Position numbers and translations under genes: made by a program
Shown here: in pieces, positions 1-8,537 of the stretch
Layout: each line of letters starts with the position of its first letter
Numbering within the stretch: position 1 is the first letter of the stretch
IMG/VR virus record: IMGVR_UViG_3300021426_000001
Source of the DNA: a virus
Taxonomy: Duplodnaviria; Caudoviricetes
Length of the DNA: 64,000 bases
Reading direction: 5' to 3' (one strand)
Notes under the pieces: model-generated
Told to the model about the DNA's origin: nothing
Database searches by the model: none
The model's input: the letters and a program-made list of their open reading frames with translations, nothing else

Positions 1-106
1 AGTATCTGCAAGGAGCCGTTGACCTTGTCGCGGAAGTCGTGCTCAATCTTCGCTTTGCGCATTCTCACGACTCTGAAGGCTTTCAAAATTGCGTCATCGA
101 ACATAG

Positions 107-622
107 CTAATCCCTGTAAGTCTTGTTGTTCTCTACATAGTCCGCGATCTCTTTTAGCATCGCTGGACCGTCGTTTCCCATGCCGTAGATCCCAGTCTTG
201 CCCTCTTTCCTCTTGCCCCACAGGACTTCAGTAGAGGCCTCTAGGTTGCCTCTGTCTCTCGCCGTCAGATTCTTAGATCTGTGAATTCTCAGAAGCTGCA
301 GCTCGCCGAACATGTTGGTCAGCCCCTTCTTCGTGAAGTACTTCAGATCCTTGAAAGCGTTGAAGACCTTCTCGTACTGATGATCGTTCCACTCATCAAG
401 GACGATGTCAGCCATGTAGATTCGAACACAGTCTGGAATCTCGTGAACCATGAAGCCGTCTTGAATGATCAGATCGCCTGAGAAGCCGTTAGCGTTGTAG
501 AGATCCCACTTGAATCTCGGCTCTATAGCGTTCAGACTTCTAACTATTCCGTAAGCGTATGTGTTGAGCTTCATCTCAGCTCTGATTCTGTCTTCTTCCA
601 TGCCGGGAATTATCGTAAACAT
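107..622 (-). CDS. hypothetical phage protein
   Basis: 171-aa ORF with GGAGG RBS. Confidence 0.75.
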   Translation of the reverse strand: MFTIIPGMEEDRIRAEMKLNTYAYGIVRSLNAIEPRFKWDLYNANGFSGDLIIQDGFMVHEIPDCVRIYMADIVLDEWNDHQYEKVFNAFKDLKYFTKKGLTNMFGELQLLRIHRSKNLTARDRGNLEASTEVLWGKRKEGKTGIYGMGNDGPAMLKEIADYVENNKTYRD

Positions 623-632
623 GTCGCCTCCG

Positions 633-1223
633 CTAATGAGCCAATGCAGTCAACAGCTGCCCGTACAGCCTGAGCAAGTAGACCGAGTCTAGAATGTACC
701 AGTCGCCCTTCCACTCGTCTTTTCTGTCTCGTTCGACCCAGTTCCACCAATCGTACTCTTCGGAAGTCAGATTCTTTCGGTTCTTCCTAGTGAGAATGTC
801 TCCCACTGGCTCAAGCCCGAGATTTTCACGAACGTTGTCTCTGGTGACCAGATTTTTAGTTGCCTGTTTGGCGTTACTAGAAATATTAAATATGAGCTCT
901 GGATCGAACTTAGCGTAGCGGATGACGGTCGTCCAGTCTTCCCATGTCTTCATGACGTCCCAGACAGATAGCCTGTTGTATTCTGCGAAGTACTTAGCTA
1001 CTGGATTGCAGAGGACGACAGCGTCTCTGAAGTATGTATCTCTGTCTACATGATAGAGACCGTGGATTCTGGTGAATCCTCTTGAATCTCCGGAGGCGTC
1101 TATCTCGGTCCACCATTCAAAGCCCTTTGTCCAAGTGTTCGACTGGCAGAAGTCGTTCAGCTCGTGGATGATACGAGAGGTTCTCATCTTGATTGCGCGA
1201 TCTTCTTTCTCTTGTTCGATCAT
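633..1223 (-). CDS. hypothetical phage protein
   Basis: 196-aa ORF downstream of early promoter 1259-1287. Confidence 0.75.
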   Translation of the reverse strand: MIEQEKEDRAIKMRTSRIIHELNDFCQSNTWTKGFEWWTEIDASGDSRGFTRIHGLYHVDRDTYFRDAVVLCNPVAKYFAEYNRLSVWDVMKTWEDWTTVIRYAKFDPELIFNISSNAKQATKNLVTRDNVRENLGLEPVGDILTRKNRKNLTSEEYDWWNWVERDRKDEWKGDWYILDSVYLLRLYGQLLTALAH

Positions 1224-1258
1224 CGTGATCCTCTAGGTTGTACTGTTTTACACGGTAC

Positions 1259-1287
1259 AATATAAGAAAAAGGCGGGCTATTGTAAA
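1259..1287 (-). promoter_or_regulatory. early (sigma70-type) promoter with inverted repeat around -35
   Basis: TTTACA-17 nt-TATATT; GAAAAAGACGGG/CCCGCCTTTTTC arms. Confidence 0.75.
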
Positions 1288-1318
1288 CCCGTCTTTTTCA
1301 AATTTCTAGAGGATCTAG

Positions 1319-1717
1319 TTACTGTCTTACTGACTTGTCGTCTAGATCGGCTGCGATAGCGCCGTAGCTCAGTCCGTCAGCGAGCGACTTGTCCACGAAC
1401 TCCTGATTGTCCTCGATGAGAGCGTCTACTTCATCCCACTCGAAGCCCAGATCGTAGAGATAGTGCTCCAGGCCCTCGATGTCAGACTCGCTCACGAGCT
1501 TGAGTCCAGCAGATTCGATGACGGCTTTCGCTTTCTCCATCTCTTTCTTGTTCTTCTCAGTGTCCTCGTCGTCTTTCTTCTTCGGAGGAACTGCCTTGGC
1601 GTTCGGATCGAACAGCGGCTTAGGAAGAACTCCCTTGCCAGGTCCACCGTGAGGAATTCCCTGATTCAGTCCCAGAGGTCCCTCTACCCCCATCGTAAAA
1701 TCTTCGTTCAATCTCAT
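1319..1717 (-). CDS. late protein with ESAG motif (putative internal head protein)
   Basis: KAKAVIESAGLKLVSE motif; second gene after late promoter 2103-2110. Confidence 0.6.
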   Translation of the reverse strand: MRLNEDFTMGVEGPLGLNQGIPHGGPGKGVLPKPLFDPNAKAVPPKKKDDEDTEKNKKEMEKAKAVIESAGLKLVSESDIEGLEHYLYDLGFEWDEVDALIEDNQEFVDKSLADGLSYGAIAADLDDKSVRQ

Positions 1718-1719
1718 GT

Positions 1720-2085
1720 TTACGCCCTCACTACCTTCATTCCTACCGAGTTCAGAAGCTTCATAGCTTCTGTGACTTTTGGATCTTTGGACTCGTTAGT
1801 TCCCTTCTTCTCGTAGTCGTTTTCGTCATACTGGTCAGGATCTGCATTCTTTTTGATGAAATCTATGATTACGTCCAGCTGATCAGCTCCAATATCCGTC
1901 CCGACAAATAGATAGTTCTCGACGGAGTAGACGCCAGTGACGTAACCTTCAAATTTTCCAAGTTCACCCTTTCCGAAGATAGAGTCGATCAGCTTACGCT
2001 TCATCTGATTGGCTTCTCCCTTCGTGACATACTCGACAAGAATTCCACCTGTCTGATAATCGTATTTCAAGCTTTGAATAAACAT
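1720..2085 (-). CDS. late protein with ESAG-like motif
   Basis: EAMKLLNSVGMKVV at C-terminus; TATAAATA just upstream. Confidence 0.6.
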   Translation of the reverse strand: MFIQSLKYDYQTGGILVEYVTKGEANQMKRKLIDSIFGKGELGKFEGYVTGVYSVENYLFVGTDIGADQLDVIIDFIKKNADPDQYDENDYEKKGTNESKDPKVTEAMKLLNSVGMKVVRA

Positions 2086-2094
2086 ATAGGTCTC

Positions 2095-2343
2095 CTACGA
2101 GTTATTTATAGAGTCGAAGTAAGTGATCTTCCAGTTGATCAGCGTCTTCTTCTTCGGGTGCATCTGCTTGAAAGTTCTCGGTCTGCTCACTTTGCTCTGA
2201 CAGTTGAGCTTCGTGATGAAGTCATCCGTCTGCTCTGCTGGAGTCGTACCTTGACCATCAGTCGAGTCTCCGTAGTAGTCTTCCCAGAACTCAGTTCCAG
2301 TCTGACTGTAAGCGTCGCAGAGTTGATCAAATATATCTCCCAT
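2095..2343 (-). CDS. hypothetical protein
   Basis: 82-aa ORF coupled to upstream gene. Confidence 0.6.
   Translation of the reverse strand: MGDIFDQLCDAYSQTGTEFWEDYYGDSTDGQGTTPAEQTDDFITKLNCQSKVSRPRTFKQMHPKKKTLINWKITYFDSINNS
2103..2110 (-). promoter_or_regulatory. T4-type late promoter TATAAATA
   Basis: Exact T4 late consensus 18 nt upstream of start codon at 2085. Confidence 0.65.
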
Positions 2344-2738
2344 TACTTCTCTCTCTTCTTTCGAGCTAGACTAACTGCCATGCCCCTAGCGTATTTCTTC
2401 AGATCTACGTCAGAGATCTTCTGAACTTCATTGCTGAGAGGAGATATGCACTTCTGAGCCAGATTCTCGACTAGGAAAGTCATGGCGGGAATCGATAGAT
2501 TCTTAGCATCTAGGAGCTCTTTGGCACCATCAGTGACAACTTCGTCTCTCTTCGCATAGACAAAAGCTTCCACGAAAGTCTTCGTCTTTCCGTCTATCGA
2601 TATTCGTGCTATCTGCACATATCTGTAAAATGATCCGTTGAGCGTGATTCCTCTGCTATCGATGGATATGCTCGGGTCAATGTATATTTTCCAAAACAAG
2701 ACTCCATCATCATTCAATAGATCCATGTAGATCTGCAT
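2343..2738 (-). CDS. hypothetical protein
   Basis: 131-aa ORF in tight operon. Confidence 0.7.
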   Translation of the reverse strand: MQIYMDLLNDDGVLFWKIYIDPSISIDSRGITLNGSFYRYVQIARISIDGKTKTFVEAFVYAKRDEVVTDGAKELLDAKNLSIPAMTFLVENLAQKCISPLSNEVQKISDVDLKKYARGMAVSLARKKREK

Positions 2739-2740
2739 CT

Positions 2741-3349
2741 CTAGACCTCCCGTTTACGGCGCTCTAAGTACTCGAAGAAAGCTTCTGCGATCTTGTACTC
2801 GTTGTCGTTGTGGAGCGCAAATCTGCTCTCCTTCAGTTCGTTCATATAGTTAGAAGTCGCCTTCAATCCAGATAAGCTATAGCATCCAGCGCCGTTGAAG
2901 AACTTGATCGGACCGTCCATCATCTCCGCTGCTCTGTCCAGTATCTCCTGGAGAAAAGCTGGATCTCTGTGCTTTTTCCCTCCTCCGTCTACGCCAAGGA
3001 GTCTCGATAGCTCTAGGACTTTCCCGACCATATCCTCAGTGGCACCGTAATTGTAAAATCTGAGAATGTTTCCAAGAATGTCGGTGACCTTCTTTAGGTT
3101 CGAGTTTACTAGTCTCAGGATCTGATTGCCGCGTCCAGCGCTGTCGTACTCGCTGATGACTAGGTCGTCGTAGATGCTGGAGTGATAGTTGTAGATGTAG
3201 TAGTCTCTGGGCTTCTTAGAGTTCTCGGTAAGCTCTACGTGAATGTGATTCTCCTTCCGGTACTGCTCTGCGAACTCCTTCACGAGATGCATCATGCGGA
3301 CAGAACGCATCTCCATCAATTTCATGAACTTAATGATTACTGTTTCCAT
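2741..3349 (-). CDS. hypothetical protein
   Basis: 202-aa ORF in operon. Confidence 0.7.
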   Translation of the reverse strand: METVIIKFMKLMEMRSVRMMHLVKEFAEQYRKENHIHVELTENSKKPRDYYIYNYHSSIYDDLVISEYDSAGRGNQILRLVNSNLKKVTDILGNILRFYNYGATEDMVGKVLELSRLLGVDGGGKKHRDPAFLQEILDRAAEMMDGPIKFFNGAGCYSLSGLKATSNYMNELKESRFALHNDNEYKIAEAFFEYLERRKREV

Positions 3350-3620
3350 ACATCTTCCTGTATGCTTTAAGAATGTTACTGTTCATCTCGCGTGCGATCC
3401 CGATGTAGTTCTTGTCGATGTTCATCTTCTCTATGAACTTCTTAGACCGTTCAGTGTCCACAGTTTCGAATCGTAGCACGTCGCAAGTGTCGTCCGAGTT
3501 GATAGCCATGATCCGAGTCATCATGTACTCAGACTCGTCAATTACTACTGGTTCGTCCTGGTAGACTCGGGTCACTGGATTCCAGAACTTCTTCTTCGAG
3601 TTGAATATGATGACAGACAT
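3330..3620 (-). CDS. hypothetical protein
   Basis: Likely start MSVIIF overlapping the upstream stop. Confidence 0.6.
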   Translation of the reverse strand: MSVIIFNSKKKFWNPVTRVYQDEPVVIDESEYMMTRIMAINSDDTCDVLRFETVDTERSKKFIEKMNIDKNYIGIAREMNSNILKAYRKMYGNSNH

Positions 3621-3868
3621 TATTCGATCTCCACTTCGACTTCTCTGCTGAATTTGACCGTGCTGGCTTTGACCCATAGAGGACCGTCATATTCGCCGTG
3701 ATGAATGTGATGGCCGTCGAAGTCGAGGCAGGTCATGTAGTCTGGGTAGTTGGGAAAGTGATTTTCTACTGGAATGATGCAGGGACATCCGCTGATGATG
3801 AGAAGTTGTCCCTCGACAGTTCCCTGAGAGCAGTGTTCTGCGGTGTAGAGTTTGATTGAAATTTTCAT
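3620..3868 (-). CDS. hypothetical protein
   Basis: 82-aa ORF directly after early promoter and AAGGG RBS. Confidence 0.65.
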   Translation of the reverse strand: MKISIKLYTAEHCSQGTVEGQLLIISGCPCIIPVENHFPNYPDYMTCLDFDGHHIHHGEYDGPLWVKASTVKFSREVEVEIE

Positions 3869-3901
3869 CTTAGATCCCTTGTTGAGTTGTTTTACATTCT
3901 C

Positions 3902-3930
3902 AATATAGGAAAATCAGGGCTCGTTGTAAA
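3902..3930 (-). promoter_or_regulatory. early promoter with AAATCAGGG/CCCTGATTT inverted repeat
   Basis: TTTACA-17-TATATT; perfect 9-bp inverted repeat enclosing -35. Confidence 0.8.
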
Positions 3931-3969
3931 CCCTGATTTGATGATTTAGCGGAGTTTTTATGGAAAATC

Positions 3970-4830
3970 TTACTTGACCATTTCGAGAAATTCTTCCGGG
4001 CTGATGATGGCGATTCCGAGCGACTTAGCCTTGACAGACTTAGAAGACTTGGAAGACGGATCTGCCTGGACGAGGAAGGAGAGCCCCTTCTTGACGGAAG
4101 AGACGGTGCCGCCGTTGTCAACGACCATCTTTTCGAGGTCGGAGCGTTTGTAGTCCATAGCGCCAGTGAAGCAGAAGGACTTTCCGCTGAGCTTTCCGTC
4201 CTTGACTTCCTTGACTTCTGCTGGAGCTAGCTTGATGAGACCAGTCTTGAGGCAGTTTACCATGTCTTCCCGCTTGAGCGCGAATTCTAAAGAGAACTTG
4301 TAAATGACGTCTTCGCTTACCATAGAGGCAGGATGATGCTTCTGGAGATCAATCATTGTGACTCCAGCGAGAACAGCTTCTGGATCTTCATAGACGCCCT
4401 TGAACGGTTCCAGCTGGTCGAGGTCGAGGAACTTCTTCTCGCCGAATCCGCGAAGGTCGAACAGAGAGACGAACTTAGCGAGAGTCATCGGCTTAGCTAG
4501 AGCAGCCATCATGTTGTCGTGGATCTTGAGACCGTTGACCGAAGAGATGATGCAGCGGAACTCCGATGGGTCAGCAGTGATGACTTCCTTGATAGTCTTG
4601 AAGTCAGACTTGGAGAGAGCCTCGATGAATCCCTCTCCAGCGCCATCGATTTCTAGCTTGCTGAAGAATTCTGCGAACATGTGCTTGACTTTGTTGAGGC
4701 AGGTCATGTTCCGGCACTCGACGAAGCCAGACTGAGTGACGGTGAGATCGCCTCCGCAGCACGGGCAGACGGTCGGAATGTTGATGTTCTTGGTGAGGTA
4801 GTCTTTGAAGAGCGGGTGGCAGTTGATCAT
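3970..4830 (-). CDS. NAD-dependent DNA ligase C-terminal half (Zn finger, HhH, BRCT)
   Basis: CPCC...C-N-x-x-C Zn finger, LEIDGAGE and LRGFGEK HhH motifs, LSGKSFCFTG...KAKSLGIAIISPEEFLEM BRCT; no adenylation domain. Confidence 0.85.
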   Translation of the reverse strand: MINCHPLFKDYLTKNINIPTVCPCCGGDLTVTQSGFVECRNMTCLNKVKHMFAEFFSKLEIDGAGEGFIEALSKSDFKTIKEVITADPSEFRCIISSVNGLKIHDNMMAALAKPMTLAKFVSLFDLRGFGEKKFLDLDQLEPFKGVYEDPEAVLAGVTMIDLQKHHPASMVSEDVIYKFSLEFALKREDMVNCLKTGLIKLAPAEVKEVKDGKLSGKSFCFTGAMDYKRSDLEKMVVDNGGTVSSVKKGLSFLVQADPSSKSSKSVKAKSLGIAIISPEEFLEMVK

Positions 4831-4861
4831 TTTCGAGATCCTTTGTTTAAGTTACGTTATC

Positions 4862-4890
4862 AATATAGGAAAATCCAGAGGCTTTGTAAA
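4862..4890 (-). promoter_or_regulatory. early promoter
   Basis: TTTACA-17-TATATT with AATCCAG/CTGGATT inverted repeat. Confidence 0.75.
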
Positions 4891-4924
4891 CCCCTGGATT
4901 GAGATTTTCTTGATTTTTTTATCT

Positions 4925-5434
4925 CTACAGCTTCGACCATCTGATAGCGTAAGCTTCATCTACCCATCTGGCGAACTGATTGTCGCTAGCGAGATTGATT
5001 CCGAGTTCGCCGTCGTAGTGAGGCTTGTCGCCTGGAATGAATCTTCCGAACTTGACTAGGATGTTCTTATAAGAGGCGAGCTTCTTGAATCGGTCACGCA
5101 GCTCTTCTGGCTTATATCCAGTGTAGATCACTACGTCGTCATAACAGCCGTTTTTAGAGCGTAATTCATCTAGCAGGCCTATTACATCAGTGTAGCTGTC
5201 AAACGGCTCCAGACCTGCTAAAACGATCGCTTTTGTTATGTCGTTGGAGAGATAGCGTGCTACGACGTCTTCGACTGGAATTTCGATCTTCTCTGCTCTA
5301 GCGAGCTCGGAGTTCTGGCAGATCTTGCTGCCGTACTCGTGATCACACTTGAAAGAACACAACGGAAAGCCAAGAAGCATGTGGGGCTTCTTGTATTCCG
5401 TGAATGACTCTTCTATGAGATTGACTAGTCTCAT
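4925..5434 (-). CDS. nrdG: anaerobic ribonucleotide reductase activating protein (radical SAM)
   Basis: CSFKC...CQN, AGLEPF, VIYTGY, GRF...LASDNQ motifs of NrdG. Confidence 0.8.
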   Translation of the reverse strand: MRLVNLIEESFTEYKKPHMLLGFPLCSFKCDHEYGSKICQNSELARAEKIEIPVEDVVARYLSNDITKAIVLAGLEPFDSYTDVIGLLDELRSKNGCYDDVVIYTGYKPEELRDRFKKLASYKNILVKFGRFIPGDKPHYDGELGINLASDNQFARWVDEAYAIRWSKL

Positions 5435-6009
5435 TCAGCTTCCTTCAGATCTTCGATCTTGACTTCTGCTGTCTCTTGCGGAATGACCGTGATCTTGTCG
5501 GAGAAGTCGACGATGAACCAACTCTTCGGAGAGTTAGTGAGATTGTCGATCAGCGTGTCCACGAGGCCCTTGAGCTCGCCGCGAGTGAGCTTCACAGTGA
5601 GCTGTCCGTCTTCCTTGATCGCGGGAATCTGATCCTGCGCCTTTTCGTCGACGGGCTTTCCCTGATCCTGAGAGCCGAGCATCTGAGAAGCGTCTTCTGC
5701 GATGTAGTCCTTCACCTGGAAGTAGAGCTCCTTGTTCTTGGCGCGAAGACGATGGAGCTCGAGGTAAGCGCTGTGGACTTCTGCCTGGAGCTTCTTGAGC
5801 TCTTCGATGAACTTGTTGCAGGAGAGGATCGGCTTCATGAACGTAGTAGCGACAGCTCTGCCCTTGGCGTCCCTGGTGATCTTAGCGCCGAAGTTCTTGG
5901 AGATGAAGTCGTGAAGCTTCTGCTTAGCTTTAGTGAAGTTGGCGTCTGCCATCGTGAGATCGAGGGTGACAGCTTCGAACTCTTGCTTCTTGAGAATGAT
6001 CTTTTCCAT
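5431..6009 (-). CDS. hypothetical coiled-coil protein
   Basis: 192-aa ORF, GAGG RBS. Confidence 0.7.
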   Translation of the reverse strand: MEKIILKKQEFEAVTLDLTMADANFTKAKQKLHDFISKNFGAKITRDAKGRAVATTFMKPILSCNKFIEELKKLQAEVHSAYLELHRLRAKNKELYFQVKDYIAEDASQMLGSQDQGKPVDEKAQDQIPAIKEDGQLTVKLTRGELKGLVDTLIDNLTNSPKSWFIVDFSDKITVIPQETAEVKIEDLKEAE

Positions 6010-6024
6010 TTTGGTTTCCTCTTT

Positions 6025-6192
6025 TCAGTTGTGAAAGTCAGACTTGTGCTTCTGCTTTCGTGTGTACTTAGTCTTGTCGCGGACGACTCTGGTTCTGAGA
6101 GAGCGTCCGTTGTCAGTTCCCTGAATTCGGGCGTCTCTCATGAACTGACTCTCGCCAGCGTCTGATTGAGATATAGTGATCTTTTCAGTCAT
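6025..6192 (-). CDS. small basic protein, ArfA-like C-terminus
   Basis: 55-aa ORF below track cutoff, ends LRTRVVRDKTKYTRKQKHKSDFHN; AAGGAG RBS and early promoter. Confidence 0.6.
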   Translation of the reverse strand: MTEKITISQSDAGESQFMRDARIQGTDNGRSLRTRVVRDKTKYTRKQKHKSDFHN

Positions 6193-6213
6193 GAGATTGC
6201 TCCTTTTGATCCA

Positions 6214-6242
6214 AATATAGGAAACTGAGGCCAGTTTCTAAA
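6214..6242 (-). promoter_or_regulatory. early promoter
   Basis: TTTAGA-17-TATATT; GAAACTG/CAGTTTC hairpin in spacer. Confidence 0.65.
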
Positions 6243-6253
6243 CCCTATACCAT

Positions 6254-6418
6254 CTATACTCTCTTCGTCGTCATCATCTGACGGATTCTCTCTGGTATCA
6301 CTCTGCTGTTGTGGCAGTCGTCGCAGCACCAGCCCTTCTTGACGACTGGCTCAGCGTTGTTCGGATAGCCAGTGAACTTCTGCCCGCAGATTGCGCATGT
6401 GAAAGTCTCGTTTCTCAT
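6254..6418 (-). CDS. small Zn-finger protein
   Basis: 54 aa MRNETFTCAICGQKFTGYPNNAEPVVKKGWCCDDCH...; similar to N-terminus of 21141-21599. Confidence 0.6.
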   Translation of the reverse strand: MRNETFTCAICGQKFTGYPNNAEPVVKKGWCCDDCHNSRVIPERIRQMMTTKRV

Positions 6419-6675
6419 TCTGTCATCTCCCTGTAGTAGCTGATCGGGTTGTAGCCGAATCGGAAGTTCTTGTCGTTGACGATAGCGGGATCTTCTGAGA
6501 GAACTTCGAAGTCGTCTCGGTCTATCTCTATGTAGACTTCCGAATGCTTGCCCTCGATCTCACCAAAGGAGACTTCTTTTCCGATGATAGACTCGACCTC
6601 TTCGTCAGTAGCAGCGAAGACGCCGATGCACTGAGCGTATGGCAGACAGTGGTCAAATTTCCAAAGCTTCTTCAT
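6415..6675 (-). CDS. hypothetical protein
   Basis: 86-aa ORF with RBS. Confidence 0.7.
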   Translation of the reverse strand: MKKLWKFDHCLPYAQCIGVFAATDEEVESIIGKEVSFGEIEGKHSEVYIEIDRDDFEVLSEDPAIVNDKNFRFGYNPISYYREMTE

Positions 6676-6687
6676 GAGTTACCCTCT

Positions 6688-6918
6688 TTACCCGATGACG
6701 TTGATTCTGATCTCTGACACAGAGTCGGACATCTTGTAGCTCTCGATGAGATTCAATATGCGGCTCACGTCGTTGAAGTTCAGCTCATCATAGATTTCAA
6801 TCCTCGTCCCGTACTTGACTCGCGTGTCCGTAGTCTGGACTGCGTAGCGGATGTCAGTGTGGATCTCTTCGATTAGCTTGTGGTCAGTGTCTTCTTTGAA
6901 TTCGATAATGCTTTCCAT
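6688..6918 (-). CDS. hypothetical protein
   Basis: 76-aa ORF, AAGGAG RBS. Confidence 0.65.
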   Translation of the reverse strand: MESIIEFKEDTDHKLIEEIHTDIRYAVQTTDTRVKYGTRIEIYDELNFNDVSRILNLIESYKMSDSVSEIRINVIG

Positions 6919-6948
6919 GTTTTCTCCTTGAGAGTAGCAGAGGTAGTC

Positions 6949-7587
6949 CTAGCAGAAGTAACTCTTGCCGTCTTCGCCGTAAGTAGCGATGAAGTAGTTG
7001 ACGTCATAGTTGTGCGGAAGATATGATATTCCGTTGAAGCTCTCCGGGTCAGCCTTGACCATGTCAACGATGGACTGGAAGTCCCTCTTGAAGTCTTCTA
7101 CGCTCTCGTAGTCTCTGTTATTTATCGGGCAGCGGAACTTCTTCCAAGTCTGAATGCACTTTCCGTTGTCGTCCTGGCCCCAGCCGTAGTGGGTCTTCGG
7201 ATCGTCTGTGCGAACGTTCTCGCTAGCGCAGATGATGTTGTACTTCTCTCCGTCGATGTCGACGCAGATCTCGTTAGCCCAGAAGAGAGGCTGTTCGAGG
7301 CGCTTCGTGTACTTCTCGCCAGCGATAGTGATCTCGTAGTTGAAGTAGTGTTCGAAGTTTCCGTAGCATGACGGATAGAAGAGAGTCAGACCGTCGAACT
7401 CACGGCGAGCGATGGCGCGAGTGACAGCCTCGTACATCTTCTCGGACTTCTTAGAGTGGCGCTTCCTTGCGACCTTCTTCTCCCAGAACGGAAGAACCGT
7501 CTCCTTGAGGTATTTGTAGAAGAACTGGTCACGACTGACGAGGTTGAGTTCTTCGGCGAGATTCTTGAGCTGGTAGATAGTGATCAT
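6949..7587 (-). CDS. hypothetical protein
   Basis: Likely start MITIYQ, since the early promoter lies inside the longer ORF. Confidence 0.7.
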   Translation of the reverse strand: MITIYQLKNLAEELNLVSRDQFFYKYLKETVLPFWEKKVARKRHSKKSEKMYEAVTRAIARREFDGLTLFYPSCYGNFEHYFNYEITIAGEKYTKRLEQPLFWANEICVDIDGEKYNIICASENVRTDDPKTHYGWGQDDNGKCIQTWKKFRCPINNRDYESVEDFKRDFQSIVDMVKADPESFNGISYLPHNYDVNYFIATYGEDGKSYFC

Positions 7588-7617
7588 TGGAGAGTTCCCT
7601 GTTGAAGTTACATTGTC

Positions 7618-7646
7618 AATATAGGATTTTCTCAACAGTTTGTAAA
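7618..7646 (-). promoter_or_regulatory. early promoter
   Basis: TTTACA-17-TATATT; TTTTCTCAA/TTGAGAAAA inverted repeat. Confidence 0.75.
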
Positions 7647-7667
7647 CCCATATTTTGAGAAAACACC

Positions 7668-7697
7668 AAAAAAGCCGATCTGGGTTGCAGATCGGCT
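7668..7697 (-). terminator. intrinsic terminator ending the tRNA island
   Basis: AGCCGATC...GATCGGCT stem followed by T-tract on minus strand. Confidence 0.7.
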
Positions 7698-7735
7698 CAC
7701 GGAGTTATCGGAAATTTCTTCGGCTTTATCTTTCG

Positions 7736-7819
7736 TCCTCACGACAGGACTCGAACCTGTACCTCCTTGCGGAGAGCGGTCCCTGAAACCGCCGCGTCTA
7801 CCAATTCCGCCACGTGAGG
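7736..7819 (-). tRNA. tRNA-Leu(CAG)
   Basis: Cloverleaf, long variable arm, loop TTCAGGG. Confidence 0.9.
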
Positions 7820-7824
7820 AAATA

Positions 7825-7908
7825 TCTCCAGAGAGGGACTCGAACCCTCACGCCCTTTCGGGCACCAGCCCCTCAAGCTGGCGCGTCTACCAATTCCGCC
7901 ACCTGGAG
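7825..7908 (-). tRNA. tRNA-Leu(GAG)
   Basis: Cloverleaf, loop TTGAGGG. Confidence 0.9.
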
Positions 7909-7913
7909 TAAAA

Positions 7914-8048
7914 TCAAGATTCATTTGGATCGGACCGCTCCCTTTAACCACTTGGTTATCCCTCCCCGTATGGAGGGAGACAGGATTCGAACCTGCGAAG
8001 GCGCAATGCCAGCGGTTTTAGAGACCGTGAATTGCTGGATGAATCTTT
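7914..8048 (-). ncRNA. CAGCAA-stem RNA copy 1, carrying circularly permuted Tyr-like tRNA with CUA anticodon
   Basis: AAGATTCAT/ATGAATCTT terminal stem, CAGCAA; tRNA 3' half precedes 5' half. Confidence 0.75.
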
Positions 8049-8050
8049 AG

Positions 8051-8123
8051 CAGGGACTGAGAGGCTCGAACTCCCGACATGCAGTTTTGGAGACTGCCGT
8101 TCTACCAGCTGAACTAAATCCCT
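8051..8123 (-). tRNA. tRNA-Trp(CCA)
   Basis: Cloverleaf, loop CTCCAAA. Confidence 0.92.
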
Positions 8124-8379
8124 AAAAGTTATCTCATACGTTGATTTAGCGTTTGTTCTATTCCCATAGAACCGTTCAAGAGAATGTGACGAGCAGTTCT
8201 CTTTTTAGCATCGAACTACCAAGCTAACTATCTTGCTCCTGACTTAAATCTTTCATCAGTCCTCAGATAGCGTTTTTCCGATTTCCGTCAGGACCCAATG
8301 TCCTTCGATGGCATGTTGCAAAGGAGACCCACGTCGCTTCTAATGGTAATCTCATTTGCGCTTCATCGGGAAGCTTTAA

Positions 8380-8450
8380 TTGCCCGTAATGGAGTCGGAC
8401 CACTGCCAAGTGATTCAGAGTCACCTATACTACCGCTATACGAACGGGCA
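8380..8450 (-). tRNA. tRNA-Gln(CTG)
   Basis: Cloverleaf, loop CTCTGAA; T-loop variant TCCGA. Confidence 0.8.
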
Positions 8451-8457
8451 GAAAATA

Positions 8458-8529
8458 TCCCAAAGCAGAGAGTTGAACCCTGTCCAACAGCTTCACATGC
8501 TGTTATGCTACCGTTACACCACGTCGGGG
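8458..8529 (-). tRNA. tRNA-His(GTG), atypical acceptor
   Basis: Loop ATGTGAA; acceptor mismatch, no G-1:C73. Confidence 0.65.
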
Positions 8530-8537
8530 ATAAAAAG

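Noticed and set aside
7933-8027. Stop-codon reassignment (TAG recoded) suggested by the CUA anticodon
   Set aside because: Genes are intact in the standard code and many end in TAG with the next gene immediately following.
8228-8295. Hammerhead ribozyme (CTGATGA and GAAA on minus strand)
   Set aside because: Only 15 nt lie between GAAA and CTGATGA and stem II does not close, so the core cannot be built.
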